Below, piece after piece: positions 1-8,829 of a DNA stretch of 64,000 bases. The translations under genes were made by a program, and so were the position numbers. Each line of letters starts with the position of its first letter. Positions within the stretch are counted from its first letter, which is position 1. Source of the stretch: an uncultured Alphaproteobacteria bacterium. Lineage in GTDB: Bacteria > Pseudomonadota > Alphaproteobacteria > RF32 > CAG-239. Below the pieces are notes generated by a model, which saw only the letters and a program-made list of their open reading frames with translations, did no database searches and was not told the DNA's origin. Location of the stretch: positions 50,823 to 114,822 of the forward strand of contig CALXTR010000003.1 of assembly GCA_944391475.1 (NCBI GenBank), in the 5' to 3' direction.

Positions 1-252
1 ATGAGGAGAACTAAGATGAAAAAATTAATGATTTTAAGCTTGGCCGCTCTAGTTTCAGCTTGCGCCTCTGCTCCTGAAAGAACCTACCCCTATGGCATGA
101 CAGAATCAGAATGGAGCGAACTTTCCATTCAAGATAAAGCCGCCATCAGACGTGATTTTTACTTTGTTGAAAAAGGCAAAATGAGCTTTGTAAACCCTGA
201 CCTAAAAGTTGAAGGCAAAAAAGAGGCAGTTCCCAATTTCCGCAAAGATTAA
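1..252 (+). CDS. Small lipoprotein. The ATG is at the window edge, so the true start could lie upstream.
   Basis: N-terminal signal peptide with lipobox LVSAC (MRRTKMKKLMILSLAALVSAC). An intrinsic terminator follows. Confidence 0.45.
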   Translation: MRRTKMKKLMILSLAALVSACASAPERTYPYGMTESEWSELSIQDKAAIRRDFYFVEKGKMSFVNPDLKVEGKKEAVPNFRKD

Positions 253-265
253 ACCAATCAGTGCT

Positions 266-294
266 AAAAAATTCCCTTCGGGGAATTTTTTTTG
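266..294 (+). terminator. Rho-independent terminator
   Basis: aaaaaattcccttcggggaattttttttg: GC-rich hairpin (ttccc/gggaa) followed by a T-run. Confidence 0.7.
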
Positions 295-388
295 CTTTTA
301 ATCCTTGTTAAGCTAAGCTGTTCCTTGACTCTCTGCAATAATAGTGCTAAATAATTTTTTGGTTTTTATACAGTTAAGGAATAAACAA

Positions 389-1810
389 ATGACACTCAAA
401 TTATACAACACACTTACCCGCTCGGTTGAAGAGCTCAAACCGTCTAACCCTGACAATGTGGTAAGAATGTACTGTTGTGGTCCGACTGTATATAACTATG
501 CCCACATTGGCAACCTCCGTACTTATGTGTTTGAGGACATTCTGCGCAAGACCATCAAACGCGCCGGTTTTGCTCTTAAACATGCCATGAATATTACCGA
601 TGTCGGACATTTGACCAGCGATGCCGATGAAGGCGATGACAAAATGCTCTTGGCTGCTGAAAAAGAAAAACTCAGCGTGTTAGAGATTGCTCGTAAATAT
701 GAAGATACATTTTTCAAACACACTTCGGCCTTAAACATTGAACGCCCCGACATTGTCTGCCGTGCCACCGAACATGTGGAAGATATGATCAAGTTTGTAA
801 AAAAACTTGAAGACAACGGCTATGCTTATGTTTCTAATGGCAATGTATATTATGATACTGCCAAATTTCCGCGTTATGGCTGCTTGTCTGGGCAAAATCG
901 CGAAGATTTGAAACATGGTTCACGTGTTGAACAAGATACTAACAAACGCAACCCCTCCGACTTTGTCCTTTGGTTTACTATCTCCAAGTTCAAAGATCAA
1001 ATTTTGCAATGGGATTCGCCTTGGGGAAGAGGTTACCCCGGCTGGCATATTGAATGCTCAACCATGGCCATGAAATATTTAGGCGAACATTTGGATATTC
1101 ACTGCGGCGGCGTAGACCACATTGCCGTCCACCACGAAAATGAAATTGCTCAAAGCGAAGGCTACCTCGGACACAAATGGTGCAACTGCTGGATGCATGG
1201 TGAATTTTTGCAGATGAAGGACCAAAAGATGTCCAAATCCAAGGGAAATTTCATTACTCTTGATACTTTGATTGAGAAAGGATATCTACCTGAACACTAC
1301 CGTTATTTGTGCTTAACTTCGCATTATCGCTCATCTCTGGTTTTCTCTTACGACAACCTCGATGCTGCCGCTAATACTTATCGTAATCTGCTCAACAAAT
1401 ATAAAGAGTTCAGTCAATCAAATGATGGTAGTTCTAATCGTTCAGAAGAACTTTATAGCAAATATCTCGAGGAATTTGATAGCTATATGTTTGATGACCT
1501 CAAAACTCCGCAAGCTCTAGCTACCATGTGGGCGGTCGTTAAGGATAAGGAAATGAGCTCCCAAGACAAGTTCAAGTTCTTAAACAACATTGATGTCCTA
1601 CTAGGTTTAGGCTTGGCTAAAAATCTGGCTCTTGAAAGCGCACAAAGCACCGAAATTCCAGCCGAGATTATGGCTTTGGTTGAGGAGCGCAAACAAGCCC
1701 GCCTCAACAAAGATTGGGCCAAATCTGACGAACTGCGTGATTTATTGGCTTCCAAAGGTTTTATCGTTAAAGACCTACCCAAAAACGAAGTCGAAATCTC
1801 CATTGCTTAA
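389..1810 (+). CDS. cysS: Cysteinyl-tRNA synthetase
   Basis: HIGH motif (CCGPTVYNYAHIGN), KMSKS motif and the class I CysRS architecture. The start is at the ATG at 389 (MTLKLYN), which has an upstream AAGGA; the track ORF starts further upstream at 344. Confidence 0.93.
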   Translation: MTLKLYNTLTRSVEELKPSNPDNVVRMYCCGPTVYNYAHIGNLRTYVFEDILRKTIKRAGFALKHAMNITDVGHLTSDADEGDDKMLLAAEKEKLSVLEIARKYEDTFFKHTSALNIERPDIVCRATEHVEDMIKFVKKLEDNGYAYVSNGNVYYDTAKFPRYGCLSGQNREDLKHGSRVEQDTNKRNPSDFVLWFTISKFKDQILQWDSPWGRGYPGWHIECSTMAMKYLGEHLDIHCGGVDHIAVHHENEIAQSEGYLGHKWCNCWMHGEFLQMKDQKMSKSKGNFITLDTLIEKGYLPEHYRYLCLTSHYRSSLVFSYDNLDAAANTYRNLLNKYKEFSQSNDGSSNRSEELYSKYLEEFDSYMFDDLKTPQALATMWAVVKDKEMSSQDKFKFLNNIDVLLGLGLAKNLALESAQSTEIPAEIMALVEERKQARLNKDWAKSDELRDLLASKGFIVKDLPKNEVEISIA

Positions 1811-1832
1811 ATATAATCATAATACACTTAAA

Positions 1833-1859
1833 AAGAACCCGATTTGGGTTCTTTTTTTT
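1833..1859 (+). terminator. Rho-independent terminator after cysS
   Basis: aagaacccgatttgggttctttttttt. Confidence 0.7.
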
Positions 1860-1972
1860 GTTACTAGCCAGAATTTATCTTATGAACGACAAAACTATTG
1901 ACATGCTGTGAGTGATAAAGTATGTATAAATACAAACACTTATATTATTAACTTTTTAAATTTATCACAATT

Positions 1973-2356
1973 ATGAAACTTACACCTCAAGAAGTTAATC
2001 GTCTGTTTAGAGAATGTACTGTTAGTTCTTCATCAAAAGATGTGCAAGAAGAAAGCATCACTGCCAACGGAATTTTCCATCGTGCCAGATTTTCTAAAAG
2101 TAAAATTGAGCAAAACAAATCCTCAATTCTCACACTTTTTAACGAACTACCCGATGGTTTTAGAAAAGAAAACGGCGACGGAATGTCCTTTTTGAATATG
2201 TGTGTTGATCGCTACGGAAATTATTGGACCAGCAATCATACCACCATGGAACTACTGGTTTTGCTAGGAATTGCCATTGATGCAATTGAGTTTAACGTTC
2301 CAACGCAGCTTTGGCCAATGCTTCCAGGAAACGTTCCCAACATCATCATTAAATAG
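1973..2356 (+). CDS. Hypothetical protein (127 aa), orphan
   Basis: Clean ORF, followed by a hairpin (ccctgtaagcagcagcttacaggg). I recognise no family. Confidence 0.45.
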   Translation: MKLTPQEVNRLFRECTVSSSSKDVQEESITANGIFHRARFSKSKIEQNKSSILTLFNELPDGFRKENGDGMSFLNMCVDRYGNYWTSNHTTMELLVLLGIAIDAIEFNVPTQLWPMLPGNVPNIIIK

Positions 2357-2577
2357 ACCATCTTCTACATCCCTGTAAGCAGCAGCTTACAGGGATTATT
2401 TTCATTTTCCAACCAAATATAATTAACCGTTTTTTTACCATCAGGTTATAATTTATTTACAGAAGCCTTTGTCCAAAATTTTTTCCATAAGAACTATAGA
2501 AAGCGGACTTTTAACCGGTAGAATTATCCATTTAACCGGATTTATATGTATAAACCTATTTTGACAAAGGAACAAAC

Positions 2578-3450
2578 ATGACCAGCAGTATTTCAAGCAC
2601 TAGCAATGTAGATGAAAACGGCGTTGCCGGATGGGAAAAAAGCGTAACGGACGTTAACAATATTGATGAAAGCTTTGCCAATACCCGTGACCTTGGCTAT
2701 ACCCGTCTTAATTATTCACGTATCACCACCATTGCCCAACTTGGTGAATATAACGAACGAGATATATATAAAGTTCAAGTTCAATCTAATGGTAAATTAA
2801 GTATCAGCTTAAGAAATGAAGGCGTTGAAGAAAACGTATTGGATTTATCCGAATATGAGCAATATCTAGATGAACTCAAACAACAACTCGACCCCGAAGG
2901 ATATGCAGAAGAACAAGCAGCCCAAAAGGCCGAGCAAGAGGATTTAGATTTATTAGAAACCACCGCACCGGGGATGACCCTCAAAGTATATATGGTCAAA
3001 AACGGCAAAGAAGTATTAATTGCCGACAGCACTGCCGAAAAAGATTCGGAAGAGTACCAAAATATGTCTGCCATTTTGAGTGGAGACTATCGTGCCACCA
3101 AAGGAAATTATTATATTGAAGTCGGCAAAACTGAAGACGCCGACCCTAAGGCCGACCACCCCTATGCGATGCAAATTTTACAAGGCACCACCTACAAGCA
3201 TGATTACGTCATGACACAAAGTGATTCCGCCGATACCACCAATAAAGAAATATCGACCACCCAGGATACATCGCTTAATTCCACCACCGGAACTTCGGCT
3301 ATATCAGCAGCCTATGCTGCTCAAATTCAAGCTGTCCGCGATGAAGGAGCTGCCAATTTGCTGGCCTCTGGTGCTAGTAACCTATCATCACTTACTGCAG
3401 ATGATAGTAACAGCAATGCCACAGCCTTATTTTCAGCCTTATTGTCCTAA
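2578..3450 (+). CDS. Acidic hypothetical protein with a pre-peptidase C-terminal (PPC)-like domain and a Ser/Thr-rich tail
   Basis: RBS aaagga upstream. PPC-like pattern: ESFANTRDLG...IAQLGEYNERDIYKVQVQSNGKLSISL...GNYYIEVG. Acidic coiled linker and low-complexity S/T C-terminus. No signal peptide. Confidence 0.5.
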   Translation: MTSSISSTSNVDENGVAGWEKSVTDVNNIDESFANTRDLGYTRLNYSRITTIAQLGEYNERDIYKVQVQSNGKLSISLRNEGVEENVLDLSEYEQYLDELKQQLDPEGYAEEQAAQKAEQEDLDLLETTAPGMTLKVYMVKNGKEVLIADSTAEKDSEEYQNMSAILSGDYRATKGNYYIEVGKTEDADPKADHPYAMQILQGTTYKHDYVMTQSDSADTTNKEISTTQDTSLNSTTGTSAISAAYAAQIQAVRDEGAANLLASGASNLSSLTADDSNSNATALFSALLS

Positions 3451-3626
3451 TAGTGCTGATTAATCTATTCGTCTGAAAATAAACTTCCACTAGCTAACGC
3501 AAGTGGTATTACCTGTTCCGAACTACGTTCGCCCTGCCCAAAGGCTTCGCAAGCCTAACGGCTGGGCAGGTATGTCTACATCTACCTGCTTACGCAGGTA
3601 GTGTTACGTTCGAATCATAAATCCTT

Positions 3627-3684
3627 AACTCAACATAAAAAAAGAGGCCGACAAGCGACCTCATTTTTTATGGCGTACCCGGAG
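3627..3684. repeat. Partial direct copy of the tRNA-Arg 3' end plus its terminator (attR-like scar)
   Basis: ctcaacataaaaaaagaggccgacaagcgacctcattttttatggcgtacccggaggg is 57 of 58 identical to 3873-3930. Confidence 0.8.
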
Positions 3685-3872
3685 GGCTTGAGGATAAAAA
3701 CAACCGTTACTCCGGTTGTTTTTACCGCAAAAGGCGCAGTTTTCTTAACAAGCAAGGAATGCGTAAGCTTTCCGAAGCGAGATTAGGAAACAAGTGACCG
3801 CAGCGAGTTAGCGAACTTGTGAGCTTAGGAGCCAGAACGAACCCACGAGTGGGTTCAAATCCGCCGGGACTC

Positions 3873-3930
3873 AACATAAAAAAAGAGGTCGACAAGCGAC
3901 CTCATTTTTTATGGCGTACCCGGAGGGATT
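3873..3930. repeat. Direct repeat copy 2. It overlaps the genuine tRNA-Arg 3' end and its terminator.
   Basis: Same 58-mer as 3627-3684. Its 16 nt of tRNA 3' end continue into the full tRNA at 3912-3988. Confidence 0.8.
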
Positions 3931-3988
3931 CGAACCCACGACCCTTGGCGTCGGAGGCCAATACTCTATCCAACTGAGCTACGGGTAC
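3912..3988 (-). tRNA. tRNA-Arg (anticodon CCG)
   Basis: Reverse complement reads GTACCCGTAGCTCAGTTGGATAGAGTATTGGCCTCCGACGCCAAGGGTCGTGGGTTCGAATCCCTCCGGGTACGCCA. It has a 7-bp acceptor stem, a GTTCGAATC T-loop and the anticodon loop CUCCGAC. A hairpin plus T-run terminator follows. Confidence 0.85.
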
Positions 3989-4139
3989 ATTGTTATGACG
4001 AACCTCTTTTACATCACTTTTTTGCAAAATACCACAAAAATTTTCAATTTTAAGCAGATTTTTCTTGACTTCTCCGTCAAATATGACTATTAACAAGCCA
4101 ACAAGTTTATTTTATTGATTAATCATAAGGATAATAACA

Positions 4140-4433
4140 ATGTCTAAAAAATGTGATATCGCAGGCACCGGTGCACAGAGCGGAAACAACGTCAGCCACG
4201 CTAACAACCGCACTCGCCGTCGTTTTCTGCCCAACCTGCAGAGTGTTTCTCTCCTGAGCGAAACTCTGGGTAAAATTTTCAAATTAAAAGTTTGCTCCAA
4301 GACCCTGCGTTCCATTGAGCACAATGGCGGTTTGGATGCTTACTTGGAAAAAACATCAAATACCAAGTTGACTGAAGAAGCTAAAAAAATCAAAAAAACT
4401 ATTGCTAAAAGCAAAGCTTCTGCTCAAAAATAA
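4140..4433 (+). CDS. rpmB: 50S ribosomal protein L28
   Basis: MSKKCDIAGTGAQSGNNVSHANNRTRRRFLPNL matches the L28 N-terminal signature. Length is about 97 aa, typical of the alphaproteobacterial form. Confidence 0.88.
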   Translation: MSKKCDIAGTGAQSGNNVSHANNRTRRRFLPNLQSVSLLSETLGKIFKLKVCSKTLRSIEHNGGLDAYLEKTSNTKLTEEAKKIKKTIAKSKASAQK

Positions 4434-4454
4434 TTAGTAAAGACAATCAGTCTT

Positions 4455-4486
4455 AAAGAGAACCTTTTATAGGTTCTCTTTTTTTA
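4455..4486 (+). terminator. Rho-independent terminator after rpmB
   Basis: aaagagaaccttttataggttctcttttttt. Confidence 0.7.
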
Positions 4487-4583
4487 TCCCCATTATCCCC
4501 ACAATCCACAGGGTATAAAAAATTTCTGCCTATGCTTTTTCTAAAAACTTGTTTATAAGAAGGGCAACAGAAAGGAAAGAACT

Positions 4584-6059
4584 ATGGAAAATCTCGAAAT
4601 CACCCAACTCCCCCAAAACATTGAAGCAGAACAAGCTCTACTTGGTGCCTTGCTTGCAAACAACAAGGCTTTTGAGAAAGTTTCCGAGTTCTTAAAACCT
4701 CAGCACTTTGCCGACCCCATTCATGGCAAGATCTATGAGATTATCTCCAAACTCATCACTCGCGGCCACGTTGCCGATGTCATCACCTTAAAGAACTACT
4801 TTGAACAAGAAGGGATATTAGAGGAACTCGGTGGTTACAAATACTTAATTAAACTTGCCGACAGTTCGTCGCCTCTCACCAATGCTGAATATTATGCGCA
4901 GTTCATTTATGATAAATACCTGCGCCGCCAACTAATCTCGACTGGCTTTGAAATTGTTAATGATGCTGTCAAAGAAGATATCGATTCGGATGCCATGTCC
5001 CAAATTGAAACCGCTGAAAAGAAACTTTTCGAACTCGCAAACATTGGTGAAACTCAAGGCGGTTTCCAAGACTTTGCCACTGCATTGAACACCTCTTTAA
5101 CCAACATTGAAACCGCCTACCAAAGCGACGGCAAACTCTCTGGCTTGCCTACCGCTCTAGATGCCTTAGATAACAAAACCGGTGGCTTGAACAATTCCGA
5201 CCTCATCATTATCGCCGGACGTCCGGCCATGGGTAAAACTGCTCTAGCTACCAATATTGCCTATAATGTGGCTGATTATATGTATCATGCCAAAGACATT
5301 GATCCCAAAAACAAAGGAGTGGCCTTTTTCTCTCTCGAAATGTCCGCTGACCAGTTGGCCAGCCGTGTGTTGGCAACTGTCACCCAAACCAATGCCCACA
5401 AAATGCGTACCGGCGAATTGGAAAAAGCCGAGTTTATGCGTATTGCTGCTGCCGTTCAAGAGTTGGAAAATATCCCACTGTATATTGATGATACTCCGGG
5501 CTTAAGTATTAACTCGATTCGCACCCGTGCCCGCCGCCTCAAACGCAACAAAGGTTTAGGCGCCATCGTAATTGACTATATCCAGCTGATTGTAGGCTCC
5601 GGCAGCAAGAAAACCGAAGGCAACCGCGTTCAAGAATTGTCTGAAATTTCTCGCGGATTAAAGATTTTAGCTAAAGAACTCAACCTTCCGGTCATTGCCT
5701 TATCCCAGCTCAACCGTGGTGTAGAACAGCGCGATGACAAACGTCCGGTCATGTCTGACTTGCGTGAATCCGGCTCCATCGAGCAAGACGCCGATAGCGT
5801 AATGTTTGTGTACCGTGAAAATTACTACATTCAGAACGAAGAACCCCAACCCAAAGCCAGTGAGACCCCTGAACACTTTGCCAAACGCCATGAAGAATGG
5901 GAAGCCCGCGTCCGTGCCACTACCAATCTTGCCGAGGTCATCATCGGCAAAAACCGCCATGGCTCTACCGGAACCGTTCAACTGTTTTGGAATGGCGAAT
6001 ACACTCAGTTTGGCAACCTCGCCAAAGAAGAATACCTGCCCGAGAGAATTGGCGACTAG
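4584..6059 (+). CDS. dnaB: Replicative DNA helicase DnaB
   Basis: N-terminal DnaB domain (QLPQNIEAEQALLGALL), Walker A AGRPAMGKTALATNIA and RecA-like C-terminal motifs. Confidence 0.95.
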   Translation: MENLEITQLPQNIEAEQALLGALLANNKAFEKVSEFLKPQHFADPIHGKIYEIISKLITRGHVADVITLKNYFEQEGILEELGGYKYLIKLADSSSPLTNAEYYAQFIYDKYLRRQLISTGFEIVNDAVKEDIDSDAMSQIETAEKKLFELANIGETQGGFQDFATALNTSLTNIETAYQSDGKLSGLPTALDALDNKTGGLNNSDLIIIAGRPAMGKTALATNIAYNVADYMYHAKDIDPKNKGVAFFSLEMSADQLASRVLATVTQTNAHKMRTGELEKAEFMRIAAAVQELENIPLYIDDTPGLSINSIRTRARRLKRNKGLGAIVIDYIQLIVGSGSKKTEGNRVQELSEISRGLKILAKELNLPVIALSQLNRGVEQRDDKRPVMSDLRESGSIEQDADSVMFVYRENYYIQNEEPQPKASETPEHFAKRHEEWEARVRATTNLAEVIIGKNRHGSTGTVQLFWNGEYTQFGNLAKEEYLPERIGD

Positions 6060-6307
6060 TCTTTCGTTTCCTTAAGCTCCGTTTCAGCCCGATATTCCTG
6101 AGAGCAACAGCCGTTAGTAGAACACTGAGCCGAATATGTTCCTGAGCTAAAACTCTGCCCCGGAGCAATTTGCGGAGCATCAAGCTCGCCTCGTTCAATT
6201 TCTTGGCGCATTTTTTCGAGCTTCTGGCGCTTACCTTCACAACAAGCACAACCTGAGCTTTGCACCGGAGTCTGCAATAACATTTTAGCCAACCATCCAA
6301 ACATCAT
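6056..6307 (-). CDS. Small Cys-rich hypothetical protein of about 83 aa, convergent with dnaB and overlapping it by 4 nt
   Basis: Start MMFGWLAKM preceded by GGAAAGGAAAT. Motifs GCACCEGKRQKLEKMRQ and NGCC suggest a possible DUF1289-like metal-binding protein. Weak. Confidence 0.35.
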   Translation of the reverse strand: MMFGWLAKMLLQTPVQSSGCACCEGKRQKLEKMRQEIERGELDAPQIAPGQSFSSGTYSAQCSTNGCCSQEYRAETELKETKD

Positions 6308-6368
6308 ATTTCCTTTCCATTTTAAATTTATTATAATATAATCACCAAAAATTAAAAAAGGGGAAAAA

Positions 6369-6800
6369 ATGTCAAACCATTTTTGGGAAGAAAAAGATTT
6401 ATCCGACTTCACCGAGGAAGAATGGGAAGCAATCTGCATGAACTGCGGCAAATGCTGCCTCATCAAACTCCAAGATGAAGACAGTGAAGAAATTTACTAT
6501 ACCAAAATCACCTGCCGCTATTTTGATAAAGAGCACTGCAAATGTAGCGAATATCAAAACCGCTGCACTTTGGTTCCGGCTTGCCTAAAACTAACCAAAG
6601 CCAACTTGGGAAACATTCCCTGGATGCCCAAGACTTGCGCTTATCGCACTTTATATGAAAGCAAAACCCTTCCGGCCTGGCACCCTTTACTCACCGGCAA
6701 AAGAGATGAAAACCATAACATCAAAAACTTTTGTATTAACGAAAAAGAAATCAATCCAGACGATATTGAAGATCATATAATTGATTGGGACGAACTATGA
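6369..6800 (+). CDS. ycgN: UPF0260/YcgN family protein (Cys-rich)
   Basis: EEWEAICMNCGKCCL...PKTCAYR...LPAWHPLLTG matches the E. coli YcgN signature. Confidence 0.85.
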   Translation: MSNHFWEEKDLSDFTEEEWEAICMNCGKCCLIKLQDEDSEEIYYTKITCRYFDKEHCKCSEYQNRCTLVPACLKLTKANLGNIPWMPKTCAYRTLYESKTLPAWHPLLTGKRDENHNIKNFCINEKEINPDDIEDHIIDWDEL

Positions 6801-7303
6801 GTCAAAAATCACCTTCTTTTGCCACCGAACACGACCCTCAAAGCCGCTATGATGATTTGGAGCGCTTTGAACCCGAATTTTGGAAGAAAAAGAAACTTGA
6901 AGAAATGAGCAAAGAAGAATGGGAGCTGTTGTGTGACGGCTGTGGCAAATGCTGCCTTAATAAAATTGAAATTAAAGGCAAAATTAAATTTACCAATACC
7001 CGCTGCCGCTTTTTGAACTGCGATAACTGCCTTTGCCGCATTTACGACCACCGCTTTGAAGTTGTTCCCGATTGCCGCGACATTACCTTAGATGCAGTCC
7101 GCGAAAAACCTCGCTGGCTGCCTAAGACCTGCGCCTACTGGCTGTTAGATAACGGCTACGACTTGCCCGCTTGGCACCCCTTGATAACAAAGCGAGCCGA
7201 TTCCGTGCACCAAGCGCATATGTCACTTCAGGGCCGTGAGGTTATATCAGAAACCGAGGTAAAAAATTATGAAGATCACCTTATTGACTGGCCGGACCTT
7301 TGA
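6797..7303 (+). CDS. Second UPF0260/YcgN paralog; its ATG overlaps the stop of the first (ATGA)
   Basis: EEWELLCDGCGKCCLNK...PKTCAYW...LPAWHPLIT. The ATG at 6797 overlaps the upstream TGA. Confidence 0.8.
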   Translation: MSQKSPSFATEHDPQSRYDDLERFEPEFWKKKKLEEMSKEEWELLCDGCGKCCLNKIEIKGKIKFTNTRCRFLNCDNCLCRIYDHRFEVVPDCRDITLDAVREKPRWLPKTCAYWLLDNGYDLPAWHPLITKRADSVHQAHMSLQGREVISETEVKNYEDHLIDWPDL

Positions 7304-7979
7304 TTTTGAGGCCGCATTAGGGTTTGAGATAAAAGTTACCCGTTCGCCCTTGGCCCGCAAACTCACCCTCCGCATTGATACCAAAGACCGCCTACCCGCA
7401 CTGACGATTCCCAAATATTGCAGCAACAAAAAAGCGGTAGAATTTGTGCGCGCACATCAAAGTTGGATTGCCGAAACTCTGGAAAAATTGCCGCCTTCTC
7501 GCAGTTTTGAAGATGGCGAACATATCACCTTATTTGGCAAAGAATATCAAATTTGCCACCAACCAGATGCCCGCAGTGGTGAATATACCCGCTCTGGGGT
7601 ATTGTATGTATCCGGTGAGGCTGATTTCTTACACCGTCGCGTTAAAGATTTCATCAAGAAAAAAGCTGCTGATGAATTTTACAAACGTTCTTGCCGCATG
7701 GCCGAAAAGCTCGGTTGTGAGGTGCATGACATCTGCATTAAAGACACCAAATCGCGCTGGGGCAGTTGTTCTAGCCGCAATAATATAAATTACAACTGGC
7801 GGGTTTCATTAGCTCCTAACTTTGTCATCAATTACCTCATTGCTCATGAGGTTGCACATCTCCGCCACCAAGACCACTCCCCGGCATTTTGGGATACGGT
7901 CAAACAGCTTTGCCCTCGCTATAAACAAGGCCGCGATTGGCTCAAAGAAAACGGCCGCACCTTATATTCTTACCGATAA
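7269..7979 (+). CDS. ygjP: YgjP/DUF45 (M48-like) metal-dependent hydrolase
   Basis: HExxH in IAHEVAHLRHQDHSPAFW, and a YgjP-like N-terminus (RKLTLRID). RBS GAGGT. Overlaps the upstream gene by 35 nt. Confidence 0.8.
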   Translation: MKITLLTGRTFDFEAALGFEIKVTRSPLARKLTLRIDTKDRLPALTIPKYCSNKKAVEFVRAHQSWIAETLEKLPPSRSFEDGEHITLFGKEYQICHQPDARSGEYTRSGVLYVSGEADFLHRRVKDFIKKKAADEFYKRSCRMAEKLGCEVHDICIKDTKSRWGSCSSRNNINYNWRVSLAPNFVINYLIAHEVAHLRHQDHSPAFWDTVKQLCPRYKQGRDWLKENGRTLYSYR

Positions 7980-8065
7980 TCCCAAGCCCAAAATCTGGAC
8001 TATTGATTTCAAGCTCAAAAATTTCTATATTAAGTAATAGTAGAAATCAGAGGAGAAAATATACA

Positions 8066-8776
8066 ATGGAAAATAAAACTTTTGCCAGACCTACCGCTTC
8101 GGCGATTGTAGATGAAGGTCTGCGCCAATACATGATGAAAGTATACAACTTCATGGCCGGTGGCTTGTGCATCACCGCCTTGGTTGCATATTTGATTGCC
8201 AACACTTCGCTGCAAGGTCTGTTTTTTGGTCCTAAAGGCATGACCGGACTCGGCTGGTTGGCATTTCTGTCTCCGTTCATCATGGTCTTTGCCTTTGGTT
8301 GGGTCATTTCTCGTGGCACTGCCGCTCAAACCAGACTGGCATTCTGGGTATTTTCCGGATTAATGGGAGCATCTCTTTCTCCAATTTTGATGGTCTATAC
8401 CGGAGAAAGCGTCACTAAGATTTTCTTAATCACCGCCGCCATGTTTGGCGCCATGAGCATCTATGGTTATACCACCAAAAAAGACCTTACCGCCATTGGC
8501 TCGTTTATGATTATGGGTGTATGGGGCATTGTGATTGCCTCTTTGGTTAATATGTTTTTACAAAGTAGCGGCTTGTCTTATGCCATTTCGTTCATTGCAG
8601 TTATTGCATTCACCGCTTTGACTGCCTATGACACGCAGAACATCCGCCAAATGTATTATTCCGAAGACATTGACGAAATTGCATCCAAAAAGGCTGTTGC
8701 CGGAGCATTGAGCTTGTATATGGATTTCATTAACATCTTTATAGCCTTGCTCAACTTGTTTGGTGATCGTCGTTAA
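8066..8776 (+). CDS. Bax inhibitor-1/YccA family membrane protein
   Basis: The ATG at 8066 follows AGAGGAGAAAA. Seven TM segments with the BI-1 family pattern (MENKTFARP..., GAMSIYGYTTKKDLT). Confidence 0.8.
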   Translation: MENKTFARPTASAIVDEGLRQYMMKVYNFMAGGLCITALVAYLIANTSLQGLFFGPKGMTGLGWLAFLSPFIMVFAFGWVISRGTAAQTRLAFWVFSGLMGASLSPILMVYTGESVTKIFLITAAMFGAMSIYGYTTKKDLTAIGSFMIMGVWGIVIASLVNMFLQSSGLSYAISFIAVIAFTALTAYDTQNIRQMYYSEDIDEIASKKAVAGALSLYMDFINIFIALLNLFGDRR

Positions 8777-8795
8777 GCATAATCAACAAGATTAG

Positions 8796-8817
8796 GCCTC
8801 CTTCGGGAGGCTTTTTT
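8796..8817 (+). terminator. Rho-independent terminator
   Basis: gcctccttcgggaggctttttt. Confidence 0.75.
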
Positions 8818-8829
8818 AATAAAAAAATA

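Noticed and set aside
344-388. N-terminal extension of cysS from the track start at 344 (MLNNFLVFIQLRNKQ)
   Set aside because: The canonical CysRS N-terminus begins at MTLKLYN (389), which has AAGGA 8 nt upstream. The extension has no RBS.
401-1803. Antisense ORFs inside cysS (401-610, 523-816, 731-916, 1483-1803 minus strand) and the 1632-1901 plus-strand ORF
   Set aside because: They are fully embedded in a strongly supported cysS frame and have no independent signals.
3685-3872. Possible two-piece (permuted) alphaproteobacterial tmRNA or a second tRNA between the duplicated tRNA-Arg ends (GGGTTCAAATCC T-loop-like string)
   Set aside because: The T-stem does not pair (GTGGG against CCGCC), the would-be 3' end lacks CCA, there is no tag reading frame ending in AA-stop, and the segment is better described as a perfect 8-bp palindrome. 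Treated as att-scar filler instead.
3601-4096. Track ORFs 3601-3786(+), 3902-4096(-) and 3911-4093(+)
   Set aside because: They overlap the tRNA-Arg gene and its duplicated terminator repeat. No RBS. They are artefacts of stop-free repeats.
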